Positions 63,401-64,000 of a stretch of 64,000 bases of DNA are shown here, one piece after another. Made by a program: the position numbers and the translations under genes. The DNA is taken from NCBI GenBank assembly GCA_036172245.1, contig JAYWIR010000001.1, forward strand, positions 6,696,001-6,760,000, in the 5' to 3' direction. The DNA comes from Raillietiella orientalis. Lineage: Eukaryota. The first letter of the stretch is position 1, and every line of letters begins with the position of its first letter. The notes beneath the pieces are model-generated. The model made no database searches, was not told the DNA's origin, and saw nothing but the letters and a program-made list of their open reading frames with translations.

Positions 63401-63847
63401 CAAAGATACGTTCTTACCCTTCCAGCGGCCAGCCAAATAAATCAAATGCTCTGAAATGCTACGTATTCCTCGCACTTACGATAAGCGACACAACCATCAG
63501 TAGCTAAATAAACATTTGACCAACTCTTCCTTTAGCCTCACTCTCCTTTGTTTTGCTTTTTTTAATCATAGCTACAGCACGTCAGGACAATATTCAGAGG
63601 ATGCTAATCCGGCAGTATTGATCTTATGTAAGGGCACATAAGGTTTACATAAGACACCATTGCAGGTGCAATTGGTAAAAAAAAGTCAGTCTTCGTCGGT
63701 TGCGTTTGAATGTGTTTAGTCATGTGATGCCCTGGCACACGTGCGAAACATTGGTGCCTGAGCGTGAAAATAGAAGCTAACTTACAGTAAAGTTTGAAAT
63801 AACATCTTGGAAATTCTGCTCAATTTTTGCTTCATCTCTTCTTTCAG

Positions 63848-63948
63848 CCGATAGCAGCTTTTTACTGGCAAACGCACAAATAGTTGACTACCCCATTGTA
63901 TACTGCAATGAAACTTTTAGCAAAATGTCAGGATACACAAGAGCAGAG
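63848..63948 (+). CDS. eag: eag second coding exon (start of PAS domain)
   Basis: Polypyrimidine tract and TTTCAG acceptor end at 63847. The phase-1 join with exon 1 gives [34 protein letters not shown]. Donor GTGAGA at 63949; read-through would give VRGI rather than the conserved VMQK. Too short for the ORF track. Confidence 0.96.
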
Positions 63949-64000
63949 GTGAGAGGAATCCATTATTATCAACATACGAGCAGAGCTGGCGTGAGAGTGT

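Larger units (their letters stand above)
42377..63847 (+). other. eag: eag phase-1 intron, 21,471 bp, largely filled with retroelement relics
   Basis: GT...AG boundaries join two exons into contiguous eag protein sequence with no missing residues. Confidence 0.9.

Noticed and set aside
1-64000. CRISPR arrays, retrons or other prokaryotic systems
   Set aside because: No repeat-spacer arrays or operon-like gene density; spliced eag exons and LINE-type RT indicate an animal genome.

Overview
Eukaryotic, arthropod-like genomic DNA; nothing prokaryotic (no CRISPR, operon or rRNA). The only recognisable host gene is the 5' end of an ether-a-go-go (eag/KCNH1-type) K+ channel on the + strand. Coding exon 1 (42298-42376) and exon 2 (63848-63948) splice in frame across a 21,471-bp GT-AG intron to give [60 protein letters not shown]. 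Most of the rest looks like densely packed, heavily decayed L1/Tx1-like non-LTR retrotransposon fragments on both strands; only the 3.7-5.5 kb copy keeps an intact YADD. The most interesting signal is that several copies start with a tRNA-derived head (A box and B box) running directly into a GC-rich leader and an ORF1-like region. The 3' ends share a 45-nt stem-loop and a hairpin after AATAAA. Also present: an apparently internally deleted copy, a ~190-bp intronic foldback, short tandem repeats and a GC-rich island upstream of eag. Most retroelement calls are by-eye matches to eroded motifs, so boundaries are approximate and need HMM or alignment confirmation.
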